The translations under genes were made by a program, and so were the position numbers. 64,000 nucleotides of DNA from Callorhinchus milii (Eukaryota): NCBI RefSeq assembly GCF_018977255.1, contig NW_024704743.1, positions 95,172,001-95,236,000 on the forward strand. The letters run 5' to 3'. Positions 63,835 through 64,000 of this stretch are shown in pieces. Numbering within the stretch: the stretch's first letter is position 1; each line of letters opens with the position of its first letter. A model generated the notes under the pieces. That model was not told the DNA's origin. It saw only the letters and a list, made by a program, of their open reading frames with translations, and made no database searches.

Positions 63835-63927
63835 TCCTTCGAGCCGGAATTGAACCAGCGACCTAAGGATGACTTTGTTGTGCATTCCCACTACAGTCCT
63901 CCGCTCTACCAGCTGAGCTATCGAAGG
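63835..63927 (-). tRNA. tRNA-Tyr(GTA), intact, 20-nt intron
   Basis: Canonical exons on minus strand. Confidence 0.92.
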
Positions 63928-64000
63928 TCACAACATGAGGCCTCCAAATATTTTTCACAAACGTATTCTTCATTTGCAATTGTGCTACTTGTCATAAGTG

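Noticed and set aside
3887..63927. CRISPR-like repeat-spacer array
   Set aside because: Repeats are tRNA genes and spacers are homologous to each other

Overview
Eukaryotic (vertebrate) non-coding DNA with no credible cellular protein gene. The repeat content (CR1 with (AAGAACAT)n tails, L2 with (TTG)n tails, a Penelope-like terminal piece) looks most like a cartilaginous fish, but this is inference. The window is a decaying tandem array of a three-gene Pol III module: tRNA-Ala (+) / elongator tRNA-Met(CAT) (-) / intron-containing tRNA-Tyr(GTA) (+). I count about 75 intact, degenerate or half copies by eye (~26 Ala, ~24 Met, ~27 Tyr). tRNA-Ala occurs as AGC and TGC versions on the same body. 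Spacers carry old CR1 and L2 fragments that were amplified with the array, plus younger copy-specific L2, CR1 and SINE insertions. There are multi-kb segmental duplications and two inverted blocks (~52.1-53.5 kb and ~60.0-64.0 kb). Nearly all listed ORFs are LINE ORF2 remnants or spurious frames over tRNAs and microsatellites. All comparisons were made by eye, so TE and duplication boundaries are approximate.
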